A program made the position numbers and the translations under genes. Below the pieces are notes generated by a model that saw nothing but the letters and a program-made list of their open reading frames with translations, was not told where the DNA came from and did not search any database. Below, piece by piece: positions 25,896-38,985 of a stretch of DNA of 64,000 bases (the stretch's first letter is position 1; each line of letters starts with the position of its first letter). Origin of the DNA: Enoplolaimus lenunculus (Eukaryota); assembly GCA_030248215.1 (NCBI GenBank), contig JASANG010000266.1, forward strand, positions 372,001 to 436,000. Reading direction: 5' to 3'.

Positions 25896-28631
25896 CAATT
25901 TTGAAATGCTAATGGAGTGAGGGTGTGCTACAGGACCATTTTAAAATTTAGTTTGTGTGGATGGGAAAGGAAGGGTCTTAAATATGTTAACACCCACTTG
26001 ACATCACAAACCTTCCGAACGGCGTCCGCACGATATGCACCGAACTTGAATACTGCAACAGCCAAAAAATCAACGAACAGTTTGAACTAAACGTCTAGTA
26101 AAATTCATGTAACAATGAAACTACGATGAGTCATCTGAGCCATGTAGGTATAGCTGCTCTAATGCTGTTCTAACCTAACATCCTACCGTCTCAGCTATAT
26201 AAACTGATAGATTTCACTTGTCGCGGAATTACTGGGATTTTGGAATTTTGTGACTTTCGCTGTATTCAAGGCATGCATTTTCTTGGGCTCAGGCTTCACC
26301 TTAGGCTTTTAAGCTCAGACCTGTGCATCAGTTCAAGGTTACAGGATCAAACGCAGGCTTTACACGGACCTTGGCGTAGTTGTAGGCTTAGTGTTAGGTT
26401 TAGGATTTAGGCTCAAGTTTTAGGTTTAGGCTTAGGCTTAAGCTTAGGCTTAGCAGTAAGATTTGGCTTAGGCGTATGTTAAGATCTTAGATACAGATAC
26501 ATTATCCTGCGTCTAAAATTCACCGCAACCGTCAATCTCAAAATTTCATCGGCGACAATATCCAGCAATTCCACCTGCTATCTATATTCCAAAGTTCCAA
26601 ATCTAATGCACGACCATATATATCCTGAAATCTCGAAATATCATCTGTGACCATATTCCGAAATCTCAGTAATTCTAAAATCTCAACTTCTAACATAGAA
26701 CGAAATCCCAAACTCGTAGCTTCGACTATGTCCCGAAATCCCACCTCTCACATGCGAACGTATTCCAAAATCCCAAAATACCACCGTCGACCACGTCCCA
26801 AAATCCTAAAATTCCACCTGTGACGATATCCTGAAATTTAAAAAATCCCAAAATCTCAACTTCGAAATAATTCCAAAATCCAAACATACCACCTGCCACC
26901 CCAAAGCTTTATGATCGGGAACGGTGGGATTTAGGGACGTCAGCGAGGTTTCCACGGACCAATGTCCGAATAAACATTTGTGTGCAATATTTGCCACAAA
27001 TTAGGCTACGAAAATTATCCGGTGCTTATCACTACATACTGAGAGCGTGGTTTTCAAACCGCTAATTTCAACATCAACAACAATAATGAGAGCGAGTACT
27101 TCAACAAGCCAAGCAATAAGCAATCTCGATCATATATTAAATAATTCAAACTCTCGTGCCGCGCGCATATAATCTCGTATTGAATTGGAATTTCTAACCC
27201 GACGTGCGCATATAAGTTTCCGCGGTTCACTTGCTGTCTTGGTTATCAAACGCATCCCCCAACTGCTTTATAATACTGAGCTATTCCAATTACAATACAT
27301 ATAGTTGACGTTTAAATTGGGTTTTAATTTGACATACGATCGTTCCTGTTTGCTGCTGTGAAACAATTTAACCTTCATCACAATATCATCATAGAAAATA
27401 TAGGCGTTCACGCTGCGACAGTGCAGGAAATGTGGTTCAGCGACAAAATTAAATATATATGCTACACACGCCGTTCGGTTGCTCGCAAAGCTCCGGTTGT
27501 AATATATTAATGAGTCAATGAGATGTGATCAAATCGAATTAGCTACATTAAACGCCATTGCGGTTTTAAAGAGATTTTTATTTAGCAACCAAACTGTTCA
27601 ATTATGTTCCCAATTATTTCTTTACCGCTCTGAGCCCATGTTGTTTTAGGTATGACTACGATCACTCGTGTGATTATTTCTGATACTAACGTGTGGTAAA
27701 AGGAAAGTTGGCTCTGTTCTTAATGAAAGTTTGGTTCATTTTGTAAAACTGTGTTGCGTCTCTTGTTACACTGGCAAAGAATAAATTACATTTTTTTCAG
27801 CTCAAGGAACGTTTGTTTTATATCCTTCAATTATATTCAGTATGTTTTCCAGTAATAATTTTTATTGCTCTAAACAACGACGGCTTTCTATTGTTAGAGT
27901 CTCAATCGAAAAATGCTCTCATGGCCAGTCTTCCAGCAACTTTCCCACGCTAGATTATGCGACCTATTATGTGTATTCAAAGCAGGATAGGAACCAAATT
28001 TCAAATTTTCTTTCAGGTACATAGAGAACGGGACTCCCTTCCTGCTCACACCTCCCACCCAAGTAGTTTGGGTAATGTCACGTTTTTACGCTTGAACCAC
28101 AAATTCGTACTGATTTAGAACTTTAAGATACACCAGCTGAAAAATAAAAACTAGATCTGCAGTCAACTACTGTAGTGACCCGAATAAGAGGGGCGACTTC
28201 ACGCAGAATGATAGGCATCAAACTGGTTACTTGAACCAGTTGCATCTTGTACGCGCTTGCTCTACTCTGTAAAAGCTTAAACTAACTTGATTTAAGCTTA
28301 AGCTAATCCACCAGTATTAAACTAACCTTTTAGATTAACTAAACTAACTGGTAGGTTTACGCTTAAACTCCATTAAAATCTTACTTATTTTCAGTTTAAG
28401 CTAAACTTAATGAACTCCTAGATACACGGCTGCACTTGTTACTTTAATCTAAAAATAAGTTTGCTTAAACTCGTGTTTAAACTTAAAAGTATGTTAGTTT
28501 AAGTAAACCTTAAAATTCTAGTTTAGTTAGCCCGTCCAGCCATTTAAGTTTTACTCAAACTGATGTTCAAGTTTAGTTAAGCTATAATTTATGTTTAAGT
28601 ATTTAGAGAATATTTGCGATTAAGCTTCACG

Positions 28632-28856
28632 TTTAGGCTTTGGCAATGGATTAGGCGTAGGTAAGCCTTTTCAGAACCTTTAGCCCGCGTCTATGCAGGG
28701 AATTTAGGCTTAGGCAATGGATTAGGCATAAGTAAGCCTTTTCAGAACCTTTAGCCCGCGCCTATGCAGGGAATTTAGGCTTAGGCAATGGAATAGGCAT
28801 AAGTAAGCCTTTTCAGAACCTTTAGCCCAAGCCTATGCATGTGCAGGGAATTTAGG
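28632..28856. repeat. 3 x 71-bp minisatellite containing TTAGGC motifs
   Basis: TTTAGGCTT recurs at 28632, 28703, 28774 (partial at 28851); units are near-identical. Confidence 0.9.
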
Positions 28857-31108
28857 CCATTCTATCTATTGCACTCCATGCTGCAGTTGCAGCGCAACAA
28901 ATTACAACGCTATGACCGAGTTAAAATGCCTAATTATGTATAGCAAAACGACTGCCTATCTATATACCATAATTTAAATTCAAGCTAATAAGCAAATGAT
29001 AAAAGAGCCAAAGTTTCAACGTTGAAATTTACAAAGTTTTAAAAGAAGATTAATACTTTATTCGATTCGCAGAGAGAGAGAGAGAAAGTACCGCAATTCA
29101 CTCGATAATAAATTTCTGGATATTTGCTGATATAATCGATGCGATGAAAATCGAGAAACGAGCGACGACAATGTCGACTGAATAAAAACGGAAAATGCGC
29201 GTGATCATGTATCGAAAATTGTACACTAAATGGTGGCGTCGTGGGACCCTGTTGAATGAACGGAACTTTTCTCGTGATCACATTTTGTTCTGGATTCAAA
29301 GTGATAAAACCTTGTGCGTGAAGCGATAGTAGTTATTGCGTGCAAGATATTTAAGCGAATTAGCGAGCCAATGAATACGCGCACGCGTGTGTGTTTGGCG
29401 CGCCGGTGGCACTTAATTTTAGCTTTAATTTGATACGATTTAAGCGGCTTTTAATAAGCAAAAGCGGCCGTTGAATTTCGACGGCAAGATATAATAATTG
29501 TGATTGATTGCGCAACCAAGTGTAAATATCTCGTTTGGTTCAGGATGAACCTTTCGCCAAATTAGGTTTTGTTAATAACCGAACGGAGTGTTAATAATTC
29601 AATGATGATCCGCTGTTTTGGTCTCAATTTTCCAATGCCGATTACCGACCAATTTTGCTGAATCAGATTTATTATGCTGTATGTATACTGTCGTCACATA
29701 AATGTAATTTTCAAAATGGGGTCTCTTCGGCTTTTCCCCTAAGCTGTCGGTTGCGCCTAATGGATGCCCAAATTTGAATTTTTAAAAAATTCGAATTTAA
29801 GTTTTCAAGTTCGCGACCCAAAAACGTGCTCGTAAAATAACTTAACAACTTACAGATCATCGGACGCAGCTTTCGAAGCAGGTACAACCATACAGTTGTC
29901 TGATCATAAAAAATTAACATCGTTCAATTCAGCTTCACAGGCTTTGTGTAATGATAGATAATTTGTTTCCCGTTTTAACTATACTTTTCTTGCTCCAATG
30001 GGACCTTAGATTAGAAATCGAATTTTTCGAAATTTAAACTTGGGCGTGAAATGACTACGGGAGGACCATGAGTAACTCAAATATGCCAAAATTTTACAAA
30101 TACGATCACTTTTGGGCAACACTGGTAGGGAAATAATCGAAAACCCCTCAAAACGTGTTGCAGAAAGTGCACAAGAGCCGATCTTTAGAATTCAGTAAGT
30201 CCTGAAGACAGTAAAAGTACCCTTTTTCTGGTCTATTGGGATATTTAGAAAGAAGACATATTTTCCTACCATCTCCTTCCTTGAGCACATAACTGTTTTT
30301 AATGTTTGCCCACGTCTAACGAAAAATGAGACAAATTCGTCCAGTTTAGCGAAGTTCATTTAGCAACAACCGTTTCATCGCTCCATAGAGTCTTTCAAAT
30401 TGTAATTAAAATACTTTTTAAATTTGATGAACAGTATATATACAATGTTCATTGAGCCTGCGTATAGAAGCGAACTTTTAGTTGGGACAATCTACAGACA
30501 TAATTTAGTCTCGTAATACAGGCGCCACCAGAGTTAATTATATTATGATCGAAGTAAACCCTTCGGGTATATTTATGTTCGAAATTTATCACAGTGTAAA
30601 CTATACAGACCCTGATAAAAGTTCGATGGGAAGGTGTTTCGAAAACTGAAAATTCGTATAAATTTTATATTTACGCCGGCGTTTATTTGTTTACAAATAG
30701 CGACGCATATCAGTAAAACTAAAAACTGTCTATAGCGGTTAGAAGTTAAATTGCTAAATTTGCTATTGCAAAATTTTAATCGGTCCTTGTTTCGGGCCGT
30801 AATTAAATTATTGTCCACTGCAAGTGCAGCGTGCAAATTTTGCAATTTTGGACAATTAGTCTGATTTAAATGTTTACAACAGTTGATTTAGTGCTGATTT
30901 AAATTATTTAAAATTTACAGTAATCAAATTCGAGATCAATTAATATTATCTCGCTCATAGTTTCGATCAAAGTTTGTTCGTTTACTTATTGTACGTGAGA
31001 ATTTAATTGATCCAAAATTAGCGCGGCCAACGGCTATGAACAGCGCAATTTGAACCGGAAGGTTTGGTAACAAAATTGCAGTTTAGATTTTTACAGTAGA
31101 GTGTTTAA

Positions 31109-33311
31109 CCCTCAACGGCCCGGCAAAATTTTCACCTTAATCAGCCCAACGGTCTACATATGTAGACAACACAACTAGCGTTAGTTTTGGCTTATCTCAG
31201 GGTGCTCTCCTCCTTTAACTGGCTTGAGACAGTCAGAACTAGTGTTCTGGCGGAGTTCCACCCGCTCCCCGTCCAGCCTCCCACTGCGGGCGCGTTGTCC
31301 AGTTAAGCACAGTCGTTGCACGTTATGGTGCGATTCATGTGGTCCTTGCACACTTGTTTTCCACATGACGAACAGCTCAATCTCGTAGATTTGCGACAAC
31401 TTGTGACCTGACATTTGGTCGGTTTACCAGATGTAGAAGGTTCGTTTCGCTTTTGAGGCAGCCCGTAAGCCATAAATGAATCCTTTGATTTTGCGTAAAT
31501 TTTTTCACTACTGTAACGTTTGGTCATATTGTCTTGCGCTAGTTGTTCGGCTACTTTTTTCATGAAAACATTGCGTGACTTTTGATATCCGTTCAGTTTC
31601 ACGACAATGAATGCGTTGTGCAACGCAATATCAATCATATTGAAAACGCAGACTAGAGGATAACGATTCGTTTTGCGTTTGCAGGTAAAATCATCAATGC
31701 AAGAGTCCATTTCATCAACCCCGCCTTTTCCCAAATTATAATCCAAGATAACTGCTGGTTTTTCGCCCTCTCTGCTGGTGCAAACTTCGTTTTTCACATG
31801 AACTGAACTTAGTAATAGCACATTTTTATTTTTCTTTGGACAATAAGACGCCAACATTATGCGGTTATTGTGGTCCCATAAAAATCGGGTGCTATAGACC
31901 TCTTGTTCTTTTGTTGACTTTAGCACCGGAGGTACGCTGCGGCGATTTGCCATTATTGTGCCTGTGCACGTTAGCCCACTTTGTAATAGGTCCACAGCCA
32001 ATTCATGGGATGTGAAATAGCGGTCCATGAAAATGTTTCGCTGAGTGTTACAGTATGGTTGAATAAGATCCATTACGATGCGTTTAGCAAGCCCTACGGC
32101 CCGTTCGCCTTCACGCCCTGTATAAATATTTCCTTTTAGGGCATATCCATTCCGAGCATCGCAAAGCCAGAATATTTTTACGCCGTACTTAGCAGGTTTC
32201 GCCGGCATGTACGCTCGCCCCGGTGCATATCCTCTATACCCGTAGAGCTGTTCATCTACTGTAAGTGATTCGGACGGTATATAATGAAGACGAAAGTTGG
32301 ACTGAAATAGGTCCCAAACATCTCGTATAGCAGCCATTTTGTCACTTTTTTGACGCTCCCGGCGAGTCAGTTTGTTGTCGAATGTTACATTTTCCAGCAA
32401 CTGTTTCATTCTGTTTTTTGACAGCGCGCAGCGGTAAAAGGGCCTGCTGTCGTTTTTGGTGAATAGTGAAGCCACTGGAGACATGTTATCGCGATCTGCA
32501 CCAGCTCTGATTACCACCCCAAGCCAAGCTTTCAGCTCGCACATTGGTAGCGTTGAAAAATTGCGCGCCCGCAGTCGCCTACTAGTGAGTCGCTGAATTG
32601 TATGTAAAATGGGCTCGTTTATATAAAGATAAAATGCTTGTGACTCTGTTGTAGGGTTTACTGCAGTGCCTTCGCGAAAGCGAATTATATTTCTAGCTAA
32701 CACTCGGACAGGCGGTGTTGTAGAATGCCACCCAACACCCGTCGCTGACAAAAACACATTACTTCCACTAGAAGTCTCGTCCATATCGCTCAACTCACTA
32801 CTAGATGCGTCCGATTGTTTTTGTAATTCACCATCACTATCTTGCTCATAAATAGCAGCCTCTTCACTACTGCATTGACCTAACTCAACTGATTCTGAGT
32901 CGTCATTTGAACTATTGTCGTCCGGTTTGTCATCTTCTGTCTCTGAATCACTTGGTTCTAATACACGTCGTACGACCTCAGTCAAAGATAATTTATGCAA
33001 ACCTGACATTTCCCTGACTTTACCTCACCATACAAAACCGTGTGTAAGAACAAAACGTTCCAATTCTTGTCAAAACTCAAACTATGATCAAATCAACATC
33101 TGTCTACATATGTAGACGGTCGGGTTATATAGGTATATGACTCACTGTACAGCAAACTTTTGTTCCCACAATGCTATAAGTTTTTTATACTACTATAACA
33201 GAATAATTATCGATGGAAATTAAACAATAGATTCTTAACTATAGCACCTGCCGAACAATCAATTGCCGAACTGGTTATGTCTACATATGTAGACTGTCGG
33301 GCCATTGAGGG
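31109..33311 (-). mobile_element. Full-length piggyBac DNA transposon (2203 bp)
   Basis: TTAA at 31105-31108 and 33312-33315. TIRs are CCCTCAACGGCCCGGCA and (reverse complement) CCCTCAATGGCCCGACA. Palindrome GTCTACATATGTAGAC occurs at 31152, 33102 and 33279. Confidence 0.96.
31303..33009 (-). CDS. piggyBac transposase, 568 aa, intact single-exon ORF
   Basis: Acidic N-terminus; catalytic motifs SLTVDEQL, FMDRYFTS, KGGVDEMD; YMPAKPAKYGVKIF motif; C-terminal C-x4-C-x7-C-x2-C-x4-C-x2-H-x6-C-x2-C cysteine-rich domain. Confidence 0.96.
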   Translation of the reverse strand: MSGLHKLSLTEVVRRVLEPSDSETEDDKPDDNSSNDDSESVELGQCSSEEAAIYEQDSDGELQKQSDASSSELSDMDETSSGSNVFLSATGVGWHSTTPPVRVLARNIIRFREGTAVNPTTESQAFYLYINEPILHTIQRLTSRRLRARNFSTLPMCELKAWLGVVIRAGADRDNMSPVASLFTKNDSRPFYRCALSKNRMKQLLENVTFDNKLTRRERQKSDKMAAIRDVWDLFQSNFRLHYIPSESLTVDEQLYGYRGYAPGRAYMPAKPAKYGVKIFWLCDARNGYALKGNIYTGREGERAVGLAKRIVMDLIQPYCNTQRNIFMDRYFTSHELAVDLLQSGLTCTGTIMANRRSVPPVLKSTKEQEVYSTRFLWDHNNRIMLASYCPKKNKNVLLLSSVHVKNEVCTSREGEKPAVILDYNLGKGGVDEMDSCIDDFTCKRKTNRYPLVCVFNMIDIALHNAFIVVKLNGYQKSRNVFMKKVAEQLAQDNMTKRYSSEKIYAKSKDSFMAYGLPQKRNEPSTSGKPTKCQVTSCRKSTRLSCSSCGKQVCKDHMNRTITCNDCA

Positions 33312-35629
33312 TTAAGCACTTATCTTCTGTCAATAATAAGTTTTGATAGTAGTAAACAGGTCTATTCACATACACGCTCTATTTGAAATCGCACTGTATT
33401 ACAAAGTTCAACTACTACAAATTGTTGCATTTATTAATGGTTCCATAGCCAGAAATTAGTAAAATTCAGCGACACAAAATGACCCAGGTGCTCAATTCTC
33501 GCATCGCATTGGTCGGCTCATAATTTAGCTCATTGCATGCAAATCCCAGAGTTATGGATATCCGTGCTACATATAACTATTACGAGTAAAATATTACTAT
33601 ACAATTGAAAATTGTTTGCAAAAAAAAAGCAATTGTGAACAAAAAAATTTTAAGAATTTGAAGAATCAAATCGAAGGTGTTTAACGATTTTAAAGCACAT
33701 AAAATCCCAGTAGCTTCGTCAGGACAACACCATTTCGAATATAAGAGGCAAATAGATAGCTTAAAATGCTAGGAGGGCTCAAAAATTCAGAAGGGGCATG
33801 CGCTGATTTTACGTATATAATCTTACAAGTGGGACTACAAATTGTCTCGAAGGAGATGTACAATTTTTCTAGGGGTTCAGAGCCTGTGGCCCCTTTGGCA
33901 ACAGGCGCACCTTTGCGATTAAGTATGCACAATAAGCTATAACTCAACAGTTATAACCACCATTTGTTACACTTTCCGTTCGATAAAACGCTGTATTACA
34001 CAGATTGCGCATTTAAAGTCAACTAAAGACATAAAATGTTTTGTTTTAAAACTAGGAGTAGATTAAAAAAATCTTTCCTGTATTAAAATTTTTGATGGTA
34101 AATTGCTCAGAGAGGCAGATGTACTTCTTTTGCGTGCCGCAATCAATTTTTATATTCATAGGCACCATATTTACATTAACGAACGCAAACGCCGTTTTAA
34201 GCTGGAATGACAATTGCGTGAACTTTTTGTATTGAGAAAATTGTAACGCAAAACTGATTTGGCTCATTCCAGGATTATCAAAACAGTTATTTGACTAGAA
34301 CCGGATTAGAATTTAAAGCTTATACTTTATCGCAGTCGACAGTAAAACATTGCGCCCCAGATCTGATTGCATGGGCCAAAGGTTTTATGACCTTAAAAAT
34401 AGATTTTTTCTAAAATTTAAATCAACGCGTGAAATGATCAGTAGATCAAGAGAAGCTCGAATATGCAAAAATTTTTGAAATACGTCCGTTTTTAAGCAAA
34501 CGCGCACACAACGAATTTTAGATATCGACAAAATCCTAAAAGTAGATATATAGAATACGCTCGCGCTAAATAAACCATTTAATTGAGTTTATTCGCGTAT
34601 TTATTCAGCAACACAAAACTGATTAATTTCAAATGCATCAAAGTGTAATATTATAGTACGCTACGACGACAAAAAGTCCTTCAAACAATTAACAATTTTA
34701 GTTGGCAGCCGTAACGGCTGCATTTTAAATTAACACGCTCAACGGCGAAAATATGTAGTAGCAACTACCGTTAACAGTAAAATGCAACAGCCTGCGCGGT
34801 GTGTTATGCGATACAAATTCATTATTATTTGCACTTGAGCAGCGCACAAATTCTATGAAAACTTTATTCGTTTAAAAGCGTTGAGTACCGCTACACGTTG
34901 CTAAAGGTATAGGTAGAATTGCTTGTTGACGCCGCTATGGTGGACAAAAATTACCAGCGTACATATCGTATATTTGGCGATAAAACAACTATTTTATTTG
35001 CATGGTCATTGTGACTATTTTATCATGAATATTTATCGGCCGAAAATTGTTTCTTATACACAAGAGTATGTATAAGTTAAACGACGAAGGTAAATTAACA
35101 TACAAAAATTATTTGGCGTCAATATGTGTCACTTTTAAACCTGCGTTGGCGACAGTGTTCAGATTTGTTTCGGTGATAGCAAAACGGCTCGCATAACAAA
35201 CGGTCTGCTGATGCGGCAAATCTCACCAGTCGCCAGGGGTTGTGCGGTTTGGCGAAAAACAGAGGCTGTCAGTCCGACGAATATCTTCGCTTATATTGTC
35301 GAAAAATCGGTCGACAAAAGACTTGTTCACTAGAAAAATTTTTCTCGCAAACTTTCTAAATCAATCGATTTTCTCAGTTGAGCAACTCTTGGTGGCTGAC
35401 CTGTCACCATAGCGACGTAAAGAATTCGAAGCGCAGCAACCGGCAGCGTTTTCTGATGAAGTATTTCAATTTTTACAAAATTTGCTGTGAATCTTAAAAA
35501 TTACGGCGGAGAAGTTTCAATTTATAAATTGATTTGCCATATATATGAGTGAATTTACAGGTTAAGTCACAGAACCAAATAAACATACAAGACGACGCGC
35601 ATCTAGTTTTATCTGAATATACGAAAAAT

Positions 35630-35800
35630 GGCCAATGTTACTTTAAGGGACGTAACAGCAGATTGAGCGTATTCTTAAGCCTAAGTCTAAACCTAAGCGT
35701 TGCAAAAATGTGCTCAAAAGCCTAAGCCCAAGCAAAAAATGTAATCTAGAATATAAACCTACTCTTTTATGCCTGGCCGCCTTTTAAAGTAATATGGCCC
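35630..35800. mobile_element. (TTAGGC)n-MITE subfamily copy
   Basis: GGCCAATGTTACTTTAAG ... TTTAAAGTAATATGGCCC; similar to 21038-21187. Confidence 0.75.
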
Positions 35801-36477
35801 AGGAAAATTATAATGAACTATTTCGTGCATTTAGCGTTGGTTTCCAGGTTGTAGATACAAACGGATTCCATTATCTGGAGTGCCAAAGTTTAGCTCGCGA
35901 CGACGCTGTACAGCCACCGGATGACTACTTTTAGGCAACAGTTATTGCATTAAATTAAATATCTAAAAATTATTTGTTTTATAAAATCAATATACGAATA
36001 TATTTTCCATCGTAGAACATTTAAATTTTAAAACTTTGAAACGTTTTCTTCACGAATCCAGATATTGGTGATAACGAAAAACGGCGTTTCGTTTTTGTTT
36101 TCACCACCTTATCTTGTTTTGGTATCAGTCGAATTTTTTAGCGTCCATCATCTCTGCTCAAAAAATGCGTTACCTTGTCGGGCCGATTATTAATGCTGTA
36201 AAATCTCAAATTTAGCTGTACTATTTTTGAAAGTGGTCGAACAAGAATGTCTAAATACATAATATAAACCATGGGTCTATGTCCTAAAAATATATCCTAC
36301 TTTATACTCAAACTAATTTTACCTGATTCTTGCGTTTTGCGTAATTTTAAATTTTCGTGCTTTATATCGAATAAAGACTTGATGCTTGATATAGTAATGA
36401 ATTGGCTCAACCATAGGCTTGAGCTAAGGTTTAGGCTTCATGAGCATGTTTATCCACAAAATAAATTATATTAAAAT

Positions 36478-37041
36478 TTCAAGACTCTTACTTTCTTAAA
36501 TTTTCAAGACATAAATGTATTTTATTTCAGAAATTAATGCTTAAACAGCTCAGAAATTTGTTTCCTAAATGGTTAAAACATAAATGTCTTATATTCAAGA
36601 AATTACTACTTATATAAAACAAAATTCTTTCTTTCAAGAAATAGTTGTCTTACATTCAAGAATTATTTTTCTGATTTTTATGCAGGTATGTAAAAAAGTT
36701 TCTCCATTTATATTCTTACGAGTGTATGTAAATAATCAAATTTCAAGGATATTTCGGGTTGAGCTCAGGCTCCTCCAACATATTAAGTTTGCGTCTTGGA
36801 CATATCTTAGGTTGTAAAATTAGGATATTTGGTTGATCTGTAGCTCCAATTTTGGAGTCGTTTCGCGGAAAATCTGACTTGAATTCCTGCCATTCTTGTC
36901 TTATATTTCAGAAATATTTGTGTTATGTTTCAGAACTATTTTTCTTAATCGTTCATACACAAAGTCTTAAGTTCAAGGCATTTTAAGCGTAAAAAATTTT
37001 AGACCAATATTTCTGAAAATTTAAGAAATAAAAGTCTTGAA
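36478..37041. repeat. Degenerate long foldback element
   Basis: TTCAAGACTCTTACTTTCTTAAATTTTCA at the left end pairs with TGAAAATTTAAGAAATAAAAGTCTTGAA at the right end. Confidence 0.65.
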
Positions 37042-38164
37042 TTCGAGACATATATCGTGGTAATTACTATGTTTCGTGAGTCATACGGTAGAATAATACA
37101 GCCCATACAGTTCAATGCGGGAGAATCGGAGGCGATGCAAAATAACATAGTGAAATGATGCTGAATTTGTTAATTCAAACTGTCCACCATGAATTATTCA
37201 CCGGTAAAAAATTCTATTGGCCAGATTTAATCGAAAGATGTAAACTGTATTTTATCAAGTCGCCATATTGGGCCACGACAAAACCAGGAATTACCTGCCG
37301 TCCCCACACTTCAGCAGTTAATGTGTTAAGTTGATGCCCGTTTCATTATGCAATTAATCAGGATGTCAACCAATAGTAAAAAAATAACGGAAATGGATAG
37401 CTATCAAAATGACGGCAACTGATATTAAAGTATAAAAGTTTGAAAGATGTTTGTCTTCTGCCAACACCATTGAGGCGTGCAAATATTCACGGAGCTTTCT
37501 GAAATATTTTAAACGAAACTTGCCGGAGCCGAAGTGAGGCGAAATTAGGTGATAAAAATAATGGGTAATTCGTTAATTTTAGCCCATATCTGCAATATGT
37601 TGTTAAAGTCGCTAGGTTTTACTCTAATTCTCTGCGAAATTTCTGAAATTCTATCTTGAAAATTTTGAAAATCAAAACGAAACGCGCTAAACACATAAAT
37701 GTTGCAAAATGATGCAAAATTTTACAACCGAAGGTGCCGGAACCTGCCGCAACAATTCTACCGGAGCCGGAGGCCAATTTTCTGCCGGAGGCAGACCTCC
37801 GGTTGTACTCCGATATAATATATACCGTGAATGTGGTGTTGTAGGGGTATTTTTAACTGTCCTGCTGTCCAACTGCCCGCTGTTGAAACTGTCCCGCTAT
37901 TACAACTGCCCCGATGTCATAACTGTCCCGCTGTCCCAACTGACGGCACTGTCCCGATTATATTTGTTGTGTGTACTCCTGGTATATTGCTGTTCCGGGA
38001 AAATGGGCCGGCCTTTATGGTTACATATATATTGGCCAAAATTTTGAAGAGCTTGAATGAATTTTGTAATTTTTATTTAAATTCGAACAATTGCAGCATC
38101 TCTGTATATGAACTTGTCATAAGTACGTGATTTATAACTAATTTTGAACGTAAAAAATAACAAA

Positions 38165-38580
38165 AAAACGGGACAGGTTTGCTTCGGGAAAATGGACAGC
38201 TGCAAATTATCGCTAGGAAAACGGCACTATGGGACATGTCTGTTTCGGGCAAATTGGAAATCTACAATTTCTTGCTGGAAAAACGGGAGAGCAGCAGTTT
38301 TTCGCTGGTAAAACGGTAGAGGTTTGTTTCGGGCAAATGGGAAAACGGGACAGCTGTAATTTTTGCTGGGAAAACGGGACAGGTCTGTTTTTGGCAAATG
38401 GGAAAACAGAACAGCTGCAAATTTTGGCTGAGAAAACGGGTCAGGTTTGTTTCGGGCAAATGAGAACACGGGACGGACAGCTGCAAATTTTTCGCTGGGG
38501 AAACGGGATAGGTTTGTTTCGGGCAAATGGGAAAACGGGACAGCTACAAATTTTTGCTGGAAATACGAGATTGGGACACA
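38165..38580. repeat. ~55-60-bp minisatellite (AAACGGGACAGGTTTGTTTCGGGCAAATGGG...)
   Basis: About 6-7 degenerate units; accounts for the repetitive ORFs at 38227-38744. Confidence 0.85.
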
Positions 38581-38728
38581 AATCAATCTCTTTTCAGACT
38601 ACAAAATTAGTCAGATCTGGAGATGGTTTCACGATTTTCGTAGTTGAGGTTACACCACCTGTCACTCCCCTCTGGACCTACTTGAAGCCTTGGCAGTCAC
38701 ATCTGACTTGTATATCACTGCATTTTAA

Positions 38729-38985
38729 CCCCTTCTCACATTGAGTTGCCTATAGGCAACTGAGCGCAGTGTATACGTTAAATATATATCGCACCGTGTT
38801 TAACAATTGCAACACGTATACATAGTACTAAATCACCACAAGACGTGAGAGCCCCTCGGGCTCGAGCGTCAAGCTCCTATAGCTGACTGGTGATGGTATA
38901 CGCCTCCCACTCCAGTCACTGGAGTTCAAATCCTAGCGTAAAAGTAGGTCTCAGGGGAAATAGAATATATTCATGTGAGAAAGGG
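38729..38985. mobile_element. Non-autonomous piggyBac-type MITE (257 bp) with internal tRNA-derived segment
   Basis: TTAA on both sides (38725-38728, 38986-38989). TIR CCC(C/T)TTCTCACAT. 18-bp palindrome AGTTGCCTATAGGCAACT at 38744-38761. A box TAGCTGACTGG and B box GTTCAAATC within 38873-38945. Confidence 0.85.

Noticed and set aside
28632..28856. CRISPR-like regular repeats (also 38165-38580 and 46080-47640)
   Set aside because: Head-to-tail units without unique spacers, eukaryotic context, no cas genes.
38227..38744. 119-171-aa repetitive ORFs
   Set aside because: Translations of a minisatellite; no domain signature or splice context.
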